From: an uncultured Methylomirabilota bacterium
GTDB lineage: Bacteria; Methylomirabilota; Methylomirabilia; Methylomirabilales; 2-02-FULL-66-22
Assembly (NCBI GenBank): GCA_963845565.1
Contig: CAWJSJ010000001.1
Location: forward strand, 352,001 to 416,000
Direction: 5' to 3'
DNA: 64,000 bases
Positions 50,156 to 59,691 of this stretch are shown here, in pieces. The position numbers and the translations under genes were made by a program. The notes beneath the pieces were generated by a model. It saw only the letters and a program-made list of their open reading frames with translations, had not been told where the DNA came from and did not search any database. The stretch's first letter is position 1. The number at the start of each line of letters is the position of its first letter.

Positions 50156-51511
50156 CTACGGCGACAGACGTACAAACAGGTCGTCCACTTGTTTCCGGAA
50201 CACTTCCTCGCCGGCGATTTTTCGTCTGACCTTCTCGCAGGCGTGAATCACGGTGGAGTGGTCCTTTCCGCCGAACCCGTCCCCGATATCGGGAAGCGAC
50301 GCCTTCACGATCTCCCGGCACAGGTACATGGCCACCTGGCGCGGGAGCACGATAGACTTGTTCCGGCCCCGCGACCGGAGGTCGTCCACACGCACGCCAA
50401 AGAACTCCGCGACCGCCCGCTGGATGGATGGGATCGTCGGCAGGCGCTGTTGCTCGGCGCTGAGCTCTTTCAGAACATCCTGGGCCAATTCCAGGCTGAT
50501 CTCCCGATGGGTGAACGAGGCTTGAGCGGCCAGGCGGACCAGCGACCCTTCCAGTTCCCGGATACTGGACTTCACGTGTTTGGCGATGAACAGTGAGACC
50601 TCGTCGGGGAGACGCACCCCCTGGGCCTGCGCCTTCTTCCGGAGGATGGCCGCCTTGGTCTCCAGGTCGGGCGCCTGGATGTCGGCGATCAGACCCCATT
50701 CGAACCGCGACCGGAGGCGTTCCTCCAGGGTCGGGATTTCGCGGGGCACCCGGTCGGAACTGATCACGATCTGCTTCGAGGAATCGTACAGGTCGTTGAA
50801 GGTATGGAAGAACTCCTCCTGGGTGCGCTCCTTTCCAGCGATGAACTGGATATCGTCGATCAAGAGCAGATCCAGGCTTCGGTACCGATTGCGGAACTCC
50901 ACGGTTGAATCGAATCGGATCGAATTGATGAGATCGTTGGTGAACTTCTCGGAGGAAACATACGAAACCCGGATCCGCGGATCCCGTTGCCGGGCATGAT
51001 GCCCGATGGCGTGAAGCAAGTGCGTCTTCCCGAGGCCCACACCCCCGTAAATGAAGAGCGGGTTGTACGTCTTGGCGAGCTGCTCGCCGACCGCCATACA
51101 CGCGGCGTGGGCGAACTGGTTGCTCGTGCCGACCACGAAGGAGTCGAAGGTGTATTTGGGATTCAACTGTGCCCCGGCATCTCGAGGACGGCGGGGCGCC
51201 CGTCGCTCGCTCGGCTCCTCTTGGCCCGCGGGGGTCGCTGCCGCGTCCTTTTCCGACAAGACCAGCCGGATCTCGACCTTGTTGAAAAGCAAGTCCTCGA
51301 GTGCCGATCGCAGGAGCCCCAGGTAGTGCTCCTCGAACCACTCCTTGAAGAACCGGTTCGGGAGGAGAATCTGGACGCGGTTTTCCTCGACCGTTCCCAG
51401 CGTCAGGGGGCGGAACCAGGCCTCGAAGCTCTGCCGGCTGATCCGGCCGCGAATGACTGCCAACGCCTCTTCCCAGACTTCCTGGACGTTCGCTGCTGCC
51501 GTGGCTTTCAT
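50156..51511 (-). CDS. dnaA: Chromosomal replication initiator DnaA
   Basis: YTFDSFVVG, YNPLFIYGGVGLGKTHL, DDIQF, QEEFFHTFN, RELEG, FGGKDHSTV. Confidence 0.98.
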   Translation of the reverse strand: MKATAAANVQEVWEEALAVIRGRISRQSFEAWFRPLTLGTVEENRVQILLPNRFFKEWFEEHYLGLLRSALEDLLFNKVEIRLVLSEKDAAATPAGQEEPSERRAPRRPRDAGAQLNPKYTFDSFVVGTSNQFAHAACMAVGEQLAKTYNPLFIYGGVGLGKTHLLHAIGHHARQRDPRIRVSYVSSEKFTNDLINSIRFDSTVEFRNRYRSLDLLLIDDIQFIAGKERTQEEFFHTFNDLYDSSKQIVISSDRVPREIPTLEERLRSRFEWGLIADIQAPDLETKAAILRKKAQAQGVRLPDEVSLFIAKHVKSSIRELEGSLVRLAAQASFTHREISLELAQDVLKELSAEQQRLPTIPSIQRAVAEFFGVRVDDLRSRGRNKSIVLPRQVAMYLCREIVKASLPDIGDGFGGKDHSTVIHACEKVRRKIAGEEVFRKQVDDLFVRLSP

Positions 51512-51529
51512 ACGGTGCGCCCTCCGAGC

Positions 51530-51865
51530 AACTTATCCACAGGCCATCCCACCGGGTAACTCTTTGGAATTCAAAGGCCGGTTTTTTGCGTGAGACCAGA
51601 AACCCGCTTCTGGGGCCATCAGGAAGTTATCCACATGTTTCTCCACAGGTGTGGATAACCGGAAATTCCGCTATTCCTTGGGTCTCCGGGGATTTCCCCA
51701 GTTTCGACAATCCTTGGATGATCACGAAATACTTGGAACATATTGAAAATAAAAGGTTTCCTGTAACGAATCTGCATGGGGACATCCTTTTAGCGCAGGC
51801 CTGTGCCAGTGTCAAGAACCATTTTTGAGATAATTTTTCCTCGTCGGTTCCCCTGTGGAAAAACG
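51530..51865. promoter_or_regulatory. DnaA-box cluster / probable oriC and dnaA autoregulatory region
   Basis: TTATCCACA at 51533 and 51627, TTCTCCACA at 51639, TGTGGATAA at 51650, TGTGGAAAA at 51854. AT-rich tract ~51720-51770. Confidence 0.75.
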
Positions 51866-52044
51866 GCATTTCGGGCCGCGTGAGAGGGCATTTTCCTTGA
51901 CCATTTGTCCCCCCTGCCGTATGAAAAGGAGTCCCTCCCAGGTCGGTGCCTGCCCCACGCCCGCGCCTCGGTAGCCGGTGTTGCGGGGGTGAGGTGCCCG
52001 ATAGCGGCCGGGAGAACCCGGATGACCGGAAAGGTGGAAGGCTT

Positions 52045-53253
52045 ATGCGCGCCCTACTCCTCTTGATGCTGGGCCTAGCGTCCGTGTGGGGTCCCCGCGC
52101 TGCGGACGCGCAGGGGCCGATCCGGATCGGAGAGATCAACTCCTACAGCGGCATCGCGGCCGGTTTCACCCAGCCGTATCGCCAGGCGGTCGAGATGGCC
52201 GTGGACGAGGTCAACGCCGCGGGTGGTCTGCTGGGACGAAAGGTCGAGGTGCTCTTCCGCGATGATAAGGGAAATCCGGCGGAGGCCATCAAGCACGCGC
52301 AAGAGTTGGTGGCGGGGGAGAGGGTCCATCTCCTCGCGGGGACGTACCTCAGCAACGTGGGCCTGGCTGTCTCGGATTTCGCCAAGATGCACAAGACCCT
52401 CTTCCTGGCCGCCGAGCCGCTTTCGGAGGCGATCACCTGGTCCCACGGCCATCGGTACACCTTTCGCGTTCGGCCCAACACCTATTCTCAGGGGCGCATG
52501 CTGGCAGAGCGGGCCGCCAAGCTTCCGTACCGGAAATGGGCCGTCATCGGACCGAATTACGAATACGGACGGCGCGCGTGGGAGACGTTCTGGGCGCGAC
52601 TCAAAGAGCTCAAGCCGGACGTCCAGGTGGTCGGAGAACACTGGCCGACGCTGGCCAAACTCGAGCCGGGGGGATACGTCACCGCGCTTCTGAATCAGCA
52701 ACCCGAGGCACTCTACGTGTCCCTCTTCGGGAGTGACTGGCTGGCCTTCGCGCGGGAAGCCGGGAAGCGCGGTCTCTTCGAGAAGGCGTATGCCGTGGGG
52801 ATTCTCCTCGGGGAGCCCGAGTACCTGGATCCCCTGAAGCTGGATGCCCCCGAGGGGATGCTGGTCACGGGATACCCGTGGTACGACATCCGGATTCCGG
52901 CGCATGTGGCCTTCGTCGACAAGTTCACGAAGCGGACGGGCCGGCATCCGGTCGCCGGTGCGCTGGTCGGTTACATCACCTTTCTGTCCGCCTTCGAGAC
53001 CATCCGGAAGGCGCAGGGCACGGACACGGAAGCGATGGTCTCGGCCCTGGAATCGCTGAAGGTCGAGACCCCGATCGGCCCCATCACCTTTCGCCCCTTC
53101 GACCACCAGTCCACCATGGGCGCCTGGGTGGGCGTCACGAAACTGGATGCTACCCGCGGGACCGGGATCATGGACCGATGGGAGTACGTGCCTGGGGACA
53201 AGGCGTTGCCGTCGGAAGCCGAGGTGCGCCGGATGCGCGAGGCGGCCAAGTGA
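52045..53253 (+). CDS. Branched-chain amino acid (Liv-type) ABC substrate-binding protein
   Basis: Signal peptide, IRIGEINSYS, NAAGGLLGRK...RDD, YTFRVRP. Confidence 0.9.
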   Translation: MRALLLLMLGLASVWGPRAADAQGPIRIGEINSYSGIAAGFTQPYRQAVEMAVDEVNAAGGLLGRKVEVLFRDDKGNPAEAIKHAQELVAGERVHLLAGTYLSNVGLAVSDFAKMHKTLFLAAEPLSEAITWSHGHRYTFRVRPNTYSQGRMLAERAAKLPYRKWAVIGPNYEYGRRAWETFWARLKELKPDVQVVGEHWPTLAKLEPGGYVTALLNQQPEALYVSLFGSDWLAFAREAGKRGLFEKAYAVGILLGEPEYLDPLKLDAPEGMLVTGYPWYDIRIPAHVAFVDKFTKRTGRHPVAGALVGYITFLSAFETIRKAQGTDTEAMVSALESLKVETPIGPITFRPFDHQSTMGAWVGVTKLDATRGTGIMDRWEYVPGDKALPSEAEVRRMREAAK

Positions 53254-53339
53254 TCACGTGCCGACGGTCAGGTCCCACGAGGCGCCGGCTCCGGGTGGCG
53301 GCGTGATTCCGACCCAGCACCCGCGACCATGACACGTCC

Positions 53340-55190
53340 ATGAACGCGCTCTTCCTCCAGTTCCTGGCAGGCCTGACGCACGCGATGATCCTCTTCCTCA
53401 TCGCGTCCGGACTGTCGCTGATCTTCGGCGTGACGCGAACGATCAACTTTGCCCACGGCTCCTTTTACATGCTGGCAGCCTACCTGACCGTCACCCTGGG
53501 CACCGTGCTTCCCTTTGGGGCGCTGAGCCCCTACGCAGGCATGCTGCTTGCGCCGCTCGCCGTGGCGCTCCTCGGCGGGATCGTGGAGATCGGACTCGTG
53601 CGCCGGGTGTATCGAGCGCCGGAGCTGTACCAGTTGCTCCTCACCTTCGCGCTGGTACTGATCCTCGGCGACGTGGTGCGGTTCTTCTGGGGGCCGGAGC
53701 ATCGGGTGGGCCTCAAGCCGCCCGGACTGGACGGGACGGTTCTCGTGCTGGGCCAGCTCGTTCCCACCTACGATTTTGCCGTCCTGGCGCTCGGGCCGGC
53801 GGTGGCCCTGGGCTTGTGGGGAGCACTGCATCACACCCGGTGGGGGGTCCTCGTCCGCGCGGCGGCCTCGGATCGCGAGATGGCGGGCGCCCTGGGCGTC
53901 AACCAGGCCTGGCTCTTCACCGGAGTGTTCGTCGTCGGTTCGTGGTTGGCCGGCGCAGCGGGAGCGCTCCAGGTCGCGCGCCAGCCGCTCACCACGGTGA
54001 TGGATGCCGCCATCATCGTCGAGGCATTCGTGGTGGTGGTGATCGGCGGGATGGGCAACGTCTTCGGCGCGCTGGTGGGGGCGATCCTCCTCGGCGTCCT
54101 CCAGTCGCTGGGGATCGTGTGGCTCCCCCGGGAGTTCCAGCTCGTCCTGGTCTTTCTTTTGATGGCCGCGGTCCTCACCCTGCGGCCGTGGGGGCTGCTG
54201 GGTCGGCCCCCGGCCGCCCCCGCCTCGGAGGGGGCGCCGCAGGACTCTTTCGACGGCCACCCGACTGTGCCGCGCGTCACCATGGTGGCCGGGGGCGTCC
54301 TGCTCCTGATTGCACCCCTGGTGGCGCCGACATTCGTCGTCTGGCTGCTGGTGGAAATACTGGCCTTCGCCCTCGTGGCCGGGAGCCTCCAACTCCTCGT
54401 TGGGACTGGGGGCATGATCTCGTTTGGCCATGCGGCGTACTTCGGTCTGGGGGCGTACGGGGCGGCGCTGCTCCTGGATCCGGGCGGCTTGGCGATGCCC
54501 TTGGCATTCCTGCTCGGTCCCGCGCTGGCCGGCGGCGCGGCCCTGATCTTCGGATACTTCTGTGTGCGGCTCAGCGGAATCCCGTTTGCCATGATGACGC
54601 TGGCGTGCGCGCAGATCGTCTATGCCGTCGCGCATCAATGGTACGATGTCACCGGGGGAGATAACGGTCTCCTCGGGATCTGGCCGGCGTCCTATCTGGC
54701 GACGCCGGTCCGCTACTACTACCTGGCACTCGGGGTCGGGATTGGAGGGTTGGTGCTCCTCCGGCGCGTGACCGGGTCCCCGTTCGGCCTGACGCTCCGG
54801 GCGGCGCGCGATCATACCGTGCGGTGCGCGACGATCGGCGTGAACGTCCCCGCCCATCAGTTGCTGGCGTTCATGGTGGCGGGGCTATTGGCCGGGTTCG
54901 GGGGCAGTCTGTTTGCCTTCCTGAAGGGGAGCGTCTTTCCCGACTACCTGTCAGTGGCCGTGTCGGTCGAGTCCCTGGTCATGGTCCTGCTGGGAGGAAT
55001 CCACCGGCCGGCGGGTGCGCCACTCGGGGCGGCGGCGTTCAAGGGGCTCGACACGGTGATGACGCTGTACACCGACTACTGGCAGGCGTGCCTCGGGGTC
55101 GTATTGATGGCGGTCGTCCTGGCGTTCCCCGGCGGCCTGCTGGGGATCGGGCGGGCGCGCCGGGCGTCGTCGGAGGTTCGCCGTGGCTGA
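53340..55190 (+). CDS. Fused LivH-LivM ABC permease
   Basis: GLSLIFGV...INFAHG, VVVIGGMG, G.ISFGHAAYFGLGAY, TGGDNG, SPFG..LRA. Confidence 0.9.
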   Translation: MNALFLQFLAGLTHAMILFLIASGLSLIFGVTRTINFAHGSFYMLAAYLTVTLGTVLPFGALSPYAGMLLAPLAVALLGGIVEIGLVRRVYRAPELYQLLLTFALVLILGDVVRFFWGPEHRVGLKPPGLDGTVLVLGQLVPTYDFAVLALGPAVALGLWGALHHTRWGVLVRAAASDREMAGALGVNQAWLFTGVFVVGSWLAGAAGALQVARQPLTTVMDAAIIVEAFVVVVIGGMGNVFGALVGAILLGVLQSLGIVWLPREFQLVLVFLLMAAVLTLRPWGLLGRPPAAPASEGAPQDSFDGHPTVPRVTMVAGGVLLLIAPLVAPTFVVWLLVEILAFALVAGSLQLLVGTGGMISFGHAAYFGLGAYGAALLLDPGGLAMPLAFLLGPALAGGAALIFGYFCVRLSGIPFAMMTLACAQIVYAVAHQWYDVTGGDNGLLGIWPASYLATPVRYYYLALGVGIGGLVLLRRVTGSPFGLTLRAARDHTVRCATIGVNVPAHQLLAFMVAGLLAGFGGSLFAFLKGSVFPDYLSVAVSVESLVMVLLGGIHRPAGAPLGAAAFKGLDTVMTLYTDYWQACLGVVLMAVVLAFPGGLLGIGRARRASSEVRRG

Positions 55191-55935
55191 GGCGCCGCTA
55201 CTCGACGTCCGGGACGCCTGGAAGGCCTTCGGGGGCGTCCAGGCGGTGGCCGGAGTGAGTTTCTCGCTGGGCGTCGGAGACGTCTGCGCAGTGATCGGGC
55301 CGAACGGGGCGGGCAAGACCACGCTCTTCAACCTGTTGACCGGGCAGTTGGCGTACGATCGCGGACGGATTCTCTTTCGGGGCGAGGGGATCGGGGGTGT
55401 CGCTCCGCACCGGATCTGGCGGCGGGGTATCAGCCGTACGTTTCAGGTGCCTGCCATCTTCCATAGCTTGACGGTCCGCGAGAACGTTCAGACGGCGCTT
55501 CTGTCGAGCGCTGGGCGGAGCAGACAGATGCTGACCGAGGCGGCGCGCCTGGTCCGCGGGTCGGTCGACGCCCTGTTGGAGCAGGTGGGGCTCCTCCGGT
55601 ATGCGGACGATCGCTGCGGAACGCTCTCGCTGGGTGACCTGAAGCGAGCGGAGCTGGCGCTGGCGCTGGCGGGGGAGCCGTCGCTGTTGCTGCTGGATGA
55701 GCCGACGGCGGGCATGGCCGTGGCGGAACGGGCGGAGCTCATGCGTCTGGTGACAGCGATCGTGCGCGCGCGCAGGCTGACCGTGCTCTTCACGGAACAT
55801 GACATGGATGTGGTCTTCGGGTCGGCGAGCCGAATTCTGGTGATGCACCATGGCCGCGTGCTGGCCGACGGGAGCCCGGCGGAGGTCCGGGCGAATCCCG
55901 AGGTTCAGCGCGTGTATCTGGGAGGTGTCCGGTGA
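55183..55935 (+). CDS. LivG-like ABC ATPase
   Basis: GPNGAGKTT, RTFQ, LLDEPTAG, EHDM. Confidence 0.9.
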   Translation: MAEAPLLDVRDAWKAFGGVQAVAGVSFSLGVGDVCAVIGPNGAGKTTLFNLLTGQLAYDRGRILFRGEGIGGVAPHRIWRRGISRTFQVPAIFHSLTVRENVQTALLSSAGRSRQMLTEAARLVRGSVDALLEQVGLLRYADDRCGTLSLGDLKRAELALALAGEPSLLLLDEPTAGMAVAERAELMRLVTAIVRARRLTVLFTEHDMDVVFGSASRILVMHHGRVLADGSPAEVRANPEVQRVYLGGVR

Positions 55936-56663
55936 TTCCGGGCAGAGCGACACCCCGGGTGATGCTCGAGCTGTCGAACCTGCACGCCGGGTACGGGGTG
56001 AGCCGGATCCTCTTCGGCGTGAGCCTGCGTGCCGACCGGGGCGAGATCGTGGCACTCCTCGGTCGGAACGGCGCCGGGAAGTCGACCGCGCTGAAGGCGA
56101 TCATGGGGATCGCACCCCCGAGCGCCGGGCAGGTGGTCCTCGACGGCGCGGATCTTGTGGGACTTGCGCCGTACCTGATCGCGCGAGCCGGCATCGGATA
56201 CGTGCCGCAGGACCGGCGCATCTTCCCGGACCTCACGGTGCGGGAGAACCTCGAGGTCGGGCGGCGTCCGGGACGATCCGGGGACTCGCCGTGGACCCTG
56301 GAGCGCGTGGAGGCGCTGTTTCCGATGCTTGGGACGCTGGCGGGCCGCCGGGGGGGAAGCCTCAGTGGAGGAGAGCAGCAGATGCTGACGCTGGCCAGGA
56401 CCCTCATGGGGAATCCGCGGGTGCTCCTCCTGGACGAACCGTCTGAAGGCCTGGCACCAGTGGTGGTCCGGACGATGATCGAGCAACTGCTTCAACTGAA
56501 GGCGGGAGGGATGACCATCCTCCTCTCCGAGCAGAATGTTCACTTCACGAGAGAGGTGAGTGATCGAGCGTACATCTTGGAGAAGGGTAGTATTCAACGT
56601 GAGGGGAGTATTCGCGAGATCCTTGAGAATCGATCCATTTTCGAAAGGTATCTGGCTATCTGA
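55932..56663 (+). CDS. LivF-like ABC ATPase
   Basis: GRNGAGKST, LSGGEQQM, LDEPSEGLAP, EQN. Confidence 0.9.
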   Translation: MIPGRATPRVMLELSNLHAGYGVSRILFGVSLRADRGEIVALLGRNGAGKSTALKAIMGIAPPSAGQVVLDGADLVGLAPYLIARAGIGYVPQDRRIFPDLTVRENLEVGRRPGRSGDSPWTLERVEALFPMLGTLAGRRGGSLSGGEQQMLTLARTLMGNPRVLLLDEPSEGLAPVVVRTMIEQLLQLKAGGMTILLSEQNVHFTREVSDRAYILEKGSIQREGSIREILENRSIFERYLAI

Positions 56664-56806
56664 GGTTCAAGCTTTTTTGTGTGCCATCTGCCAGATATGA
56701 AGTCTTCTACCGATCAGACTACCGACTACGAGTCTTCCGCATATACTTCTGTCGGCCAATTATTCAATGGGTTCCATCAAAATATCGAGGTGAAATGTTG
56801 TTCTAT

Positions 56807-56836
56807 ATTGACATGTATAGACTCAAGTTTTATATT
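56807..56836 (+). promoter_or_regulatory. clpB sigma-70 promoter overlapped by a HAIR-like (HspR) operator
   Basis: TTGACA(56808)-N17-TATATT(56831). ATTGACA-N7-ACTCAAG compares with HAIR consensus CTTGAGT-N7-ACTCAAG. Confidence 0.65.
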
Positions 56837-56893
56837 GAATACGTTGTAAGGAAATGAGAAAGTTCGAAAGAAAAGAAGGAAAAGGAGGAAGCC

Positions 56894-59485
56894 GTGCGGT
56901 TTGAGCAATTCACGTTCAAGGCTCAGGAAGCCATCCAGGCTGCGCAGAAGATCGCCGAGGAGATGCAGCACCAGGCCGTGGACGCGGAACACCTCCTGGT
57001 GGGTCTCGTCGAGCAGACCGACGGAGTCCTCATCCCGGTTCTCCAGAAGGTCGGCGCGAGCCCGAAGCAGTTGGCGGCCGCGCTGCGCCAGGAACTCGGG
57101 AAGCTCCCAAGGGTCTATGGCCCGACACAGATTTACCTGACACCTCGCCTCAACGAGGTCTTCAAGCGGGCTCAGGAAGAGGCCGGGCGGCTCAAAGACG
57201 AGTACATCGGCTCGGAACATCTCCTGTTGGCGCTTCTGGACGAGCCCACGGGTCCGGCCGCTCAGACATTGCGTGCCGCGGGTGTCGGCAAGGACGGCAT
57301 CTACGCGGCCCTCCAGACGGTGCGGGGTGGGCAACGCATCACCGACCCCAATCCGGAGGAAAAGTACCAGGCTCTGCAGCGGTACAGCCGGGATCTCACC
57401 GACCTGGCGCAGAAGGGAAAGCTCGACCCGGTGATCGGGCGGGACGAGGAGATCCGGCGGGTGATCCAGGTCCTGTCGCGTCGGACCAAGAACAATCCCG
57501 TCCTGATCGGGGAGCCCGGCGTCGGGAAGACGGCGATCGTGGAAGGATTGGCGGAGCGAATCGTGCGCGGGGACGTGCCCGAGTCCTTGAAAGAGAAGCA
57601 GGTCGTGGCGCTGGATTTGGGCGCACTCCTCGCCGGCACGAAATACCGCGGCGAATTCGAAGATCGGCTCAAGGCCCTGCTGAAAGAAGTGACCGAGGCC
57701 GCCGGGCGGATCATCCTGTTCATCGACGAACTGCACACGCTGGTGGGCGCCGGCGCCGCCGAGGGGGCGATGGACGCCAGCAACATGCTGAAACCGGCGC
57801 TGGCCCGAGGGGAACTCCGCTGCGTGGGCGCGACCACGCTCGATGAATACCGGAAGCGCATCGAGAAGGATGCCGCGCTGGAGCGGCGCTTCCAGCCGAT
57901 CGTCGTGCGGCAGCCCAGCGTCGAGGACACCATCTCGATTCTGCGGGGGCTCCGGGAGCGGTACGAGGTGCACCACGGCGTCCGGATCCGGGATGCCGCC
58001 TTGGTGGCCGCGGCGACCCTCTCGAACCGCTATATCACCGATCGGTTCCTCCCCGACAAGGCGATCGACCTGGTGGACGAGGCGGCCAGCATGCTGCGGA
58101 TGGAGATCGATAGCCTCCCCGTCGCACTGGACGAGGTCGAGCGGAAAGTCCGGCAGTTCGGCATCGAGCGCGAAGCCATGAAGCGCGAAACCGATCCCGA
58201 CACCGTGGAGCGTCTCGAGCGCCTGGATGCCGAGGTGGCCGATCTGGACACGCGCCGGGGCGAACTCCGGGGCCGCTGGGAGCGGGAGAAGGCCAGCATT
58301 CAGCGGATCCGTGCCCTGAAGGAACAGATCGAATCCGCGCGACTCCAGGCCGAGAAGGCGGAGCGTGAGGGAGAACTGGGGAAGGTTGCCGAGATCCGGT
58401 ACGGCGCCCTGGTCGGGCTGGAGAAGGCGCTTCACGGCGAGCAGGCCGCCCTGGGGGCCCTGGCGGGACCGGACCGGATGCTGAAGGAAGAGGTCGACGA
58501 AGAGGATATCGCCAAGGTGGTCTCCCGCTGGACCGGCATCCCGGTCGCGAAGATGTTGCAGGCCGAAACACAGAAGCTGCTCGCCATGGAGGAACGGCTG
58601 CGCGAGCGCGTGGTGGGCCAGGCGGAGGCCATCATGGCGGTCGCCAACGCCATTCGGCGGGCGCGGGCGGGCCTCCAGGACGAGAATCGCCCACTCGGCT
58701 CGTTCCTGTTCCTGGGTCCGACCGGCGTGGGCAAGACGGAGCTGGCGCGCGCGTTGGCGGAATTCCTCTTCGACGACGAGCGAGCCCTGGTCCGCCTCGA
58801 CATGTCCGAGTTCATGGAGAAGCACTCCGTGGCGCGGCTCATCGGTGCACCGCCGGGCTACGTGGGTTACGAGGAGGGCGGGTACCTGACCGAGGCCGTG
58901 CGGCGGCGGCCCTATACCGTGATCCTCTTCGATGAGATCGAGAAGGCCCATGTGGATGTCTTCAATATCCTGTTGCAGGTGCTGGACGATGGCCGGCTTA
59001 CCGATGGACAGGGGAGGACCGTGGATTTCAAGAACGCCCTGGTGATCATGACCTCCAACCTGGGGAGTCAGTTCATCCAGCAGGACGAGGACGAGGCGGT
59101 CACACGGGAGAAGGTGACCGAGCTCCTCAAGACGGCGTTCCGGCCGGAATTCCTCAACCGGGTCGACGAGACGGTGATCTTCCACCGACTGTCGCTGCGG
59201 GAGATCACGCAGATCGTGGACATTCAACTGCGGGTGCTCCAGCGCCGAATGACGGGGCGAAAACTGGAACTCGAGGTCGCCGATCGGGCCAAGGAGTTTT
59301 TGGCGCGACAGGGCTTCGACCCGGTGTACGGCGCCCGACCGCTCAAGCGAGCCATCCAGCGCTTGGTGCAGGACCCGCTGGCGCGGCGGATGCTGGAGGG
59401 GGAGTTCGGCGACGGCGACCGGGTCCGCGTTGATGTGGCCGGCGGCGAGATCGTGCTCGAGCGCATGGCCGCGGGTACGCCCTAG
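56894..59485 (+). CDS. clpB: Chaperone ClpB
   Basis: [25 protein letters not shown], long middle domain, [23 protein letters not shown]. Confidence 0.97.
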   Translation: MRFEQFTFKAQEAIQAAQKIAEEMQHQAVDAEHLLVGLVEQTDGVLIPVLQKVGASPKQLAAALRQELGKLPRVYGPTQIYLTPRLNEVFKRAQEEAGRLKDEYIGSEHLLLALLDEPTGPAAQTLRAAGVGKDGIYAALQTVRGGQRITDPNPEEKYQALQRYSRDLTDLAQKGKLDPVIGRDEEIRRVIQVLSRRTKNNPVLIGEPGVGKTAIVEGLAERIVRGDVPESLKEKQVVALDLGALLAGTKYRGEFEDRLKALLKEVTEAAGRIILFIDELHTLVGAGAAEGAMDASNMLKPALARGELRCVGATTLDEYRKRIEKDAALERRFQPIVVRQPSVEDTISILRGLRERYEVHHGVRIRDAALVAAATLSNRYITDRFLPDKAIDLVDEAASMLRMEIDSLPVALDEVERKVRQFGIEREAMKRETDPDTVERLERLDAEVADLDTRRGELRGRWEREKASIQRIRALKEQIESARLQAEKAEREGELGKVAEIRYGALVGLEKALHGEQAALGALAGPDRMLKEEVDEEDIAKVVSRWTGIPVAKMLQAETQKLLAMEERLRERVVGQAEAIMAVANAIRRARAGLQDENRPLGSFLFLGPTGVGKTELARALAEFLFDDERALVRLDMSEFMEKHSVARLIGAPPGYVGYEEGGYLTEAVRRRPYTVILFDEIEKAHVDVFNILLQVLDDGRLTDGQGRTVDFKNALVIMTSNLGSQFIQQDEDEAVTREKVTELLKTAFRPEFLNRVDETVIFHRLSLREITQIVDIQLRVLQRRMTGRKLELEVADRAKEFLARQGFDPVYGARPLKRAIQRLVQDPLARRMLEGEFGDGDRVRVDVAGGEIVLERMAAGTP

Positions 59486-59524
59486 CCCGGATTATTCACG
59501 AAGGGTTCGTGAATAATCCGGGCT
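59484..59524. repeat. Perfect 19-bp inverted repeat after the clpB stop (terminator or REP/MITE-like)
   Basis: AGCCCGGATTATTCACGAA-GGG-TTCGTGAATAATCCGGGCT. Confidence 0.8.
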
Positions 59525-59691
59525 TACCTGACCAGCAGCCATTCTGGCTGCGGTGGCCGTCACGCCCTCCGGGAACGCCACACCCGGAGGGCGTTCGTGT
59601 CTGCCCGCGCCCCGGCTTTGCTGTTGACGAGGGTCGGCGCCTTCAGTAAGCTGCCGCCGACACGCCGCCCTGGGCGGGGGGGGGGAACGGA

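Noticed and set aside
56777..59227. Long antisense ORFs (opposite clpB, ftsH, the sigma-54 activator and the protease)
   Set aside because: Expected antisense open frames in high-GC coding DNA; no motifs.
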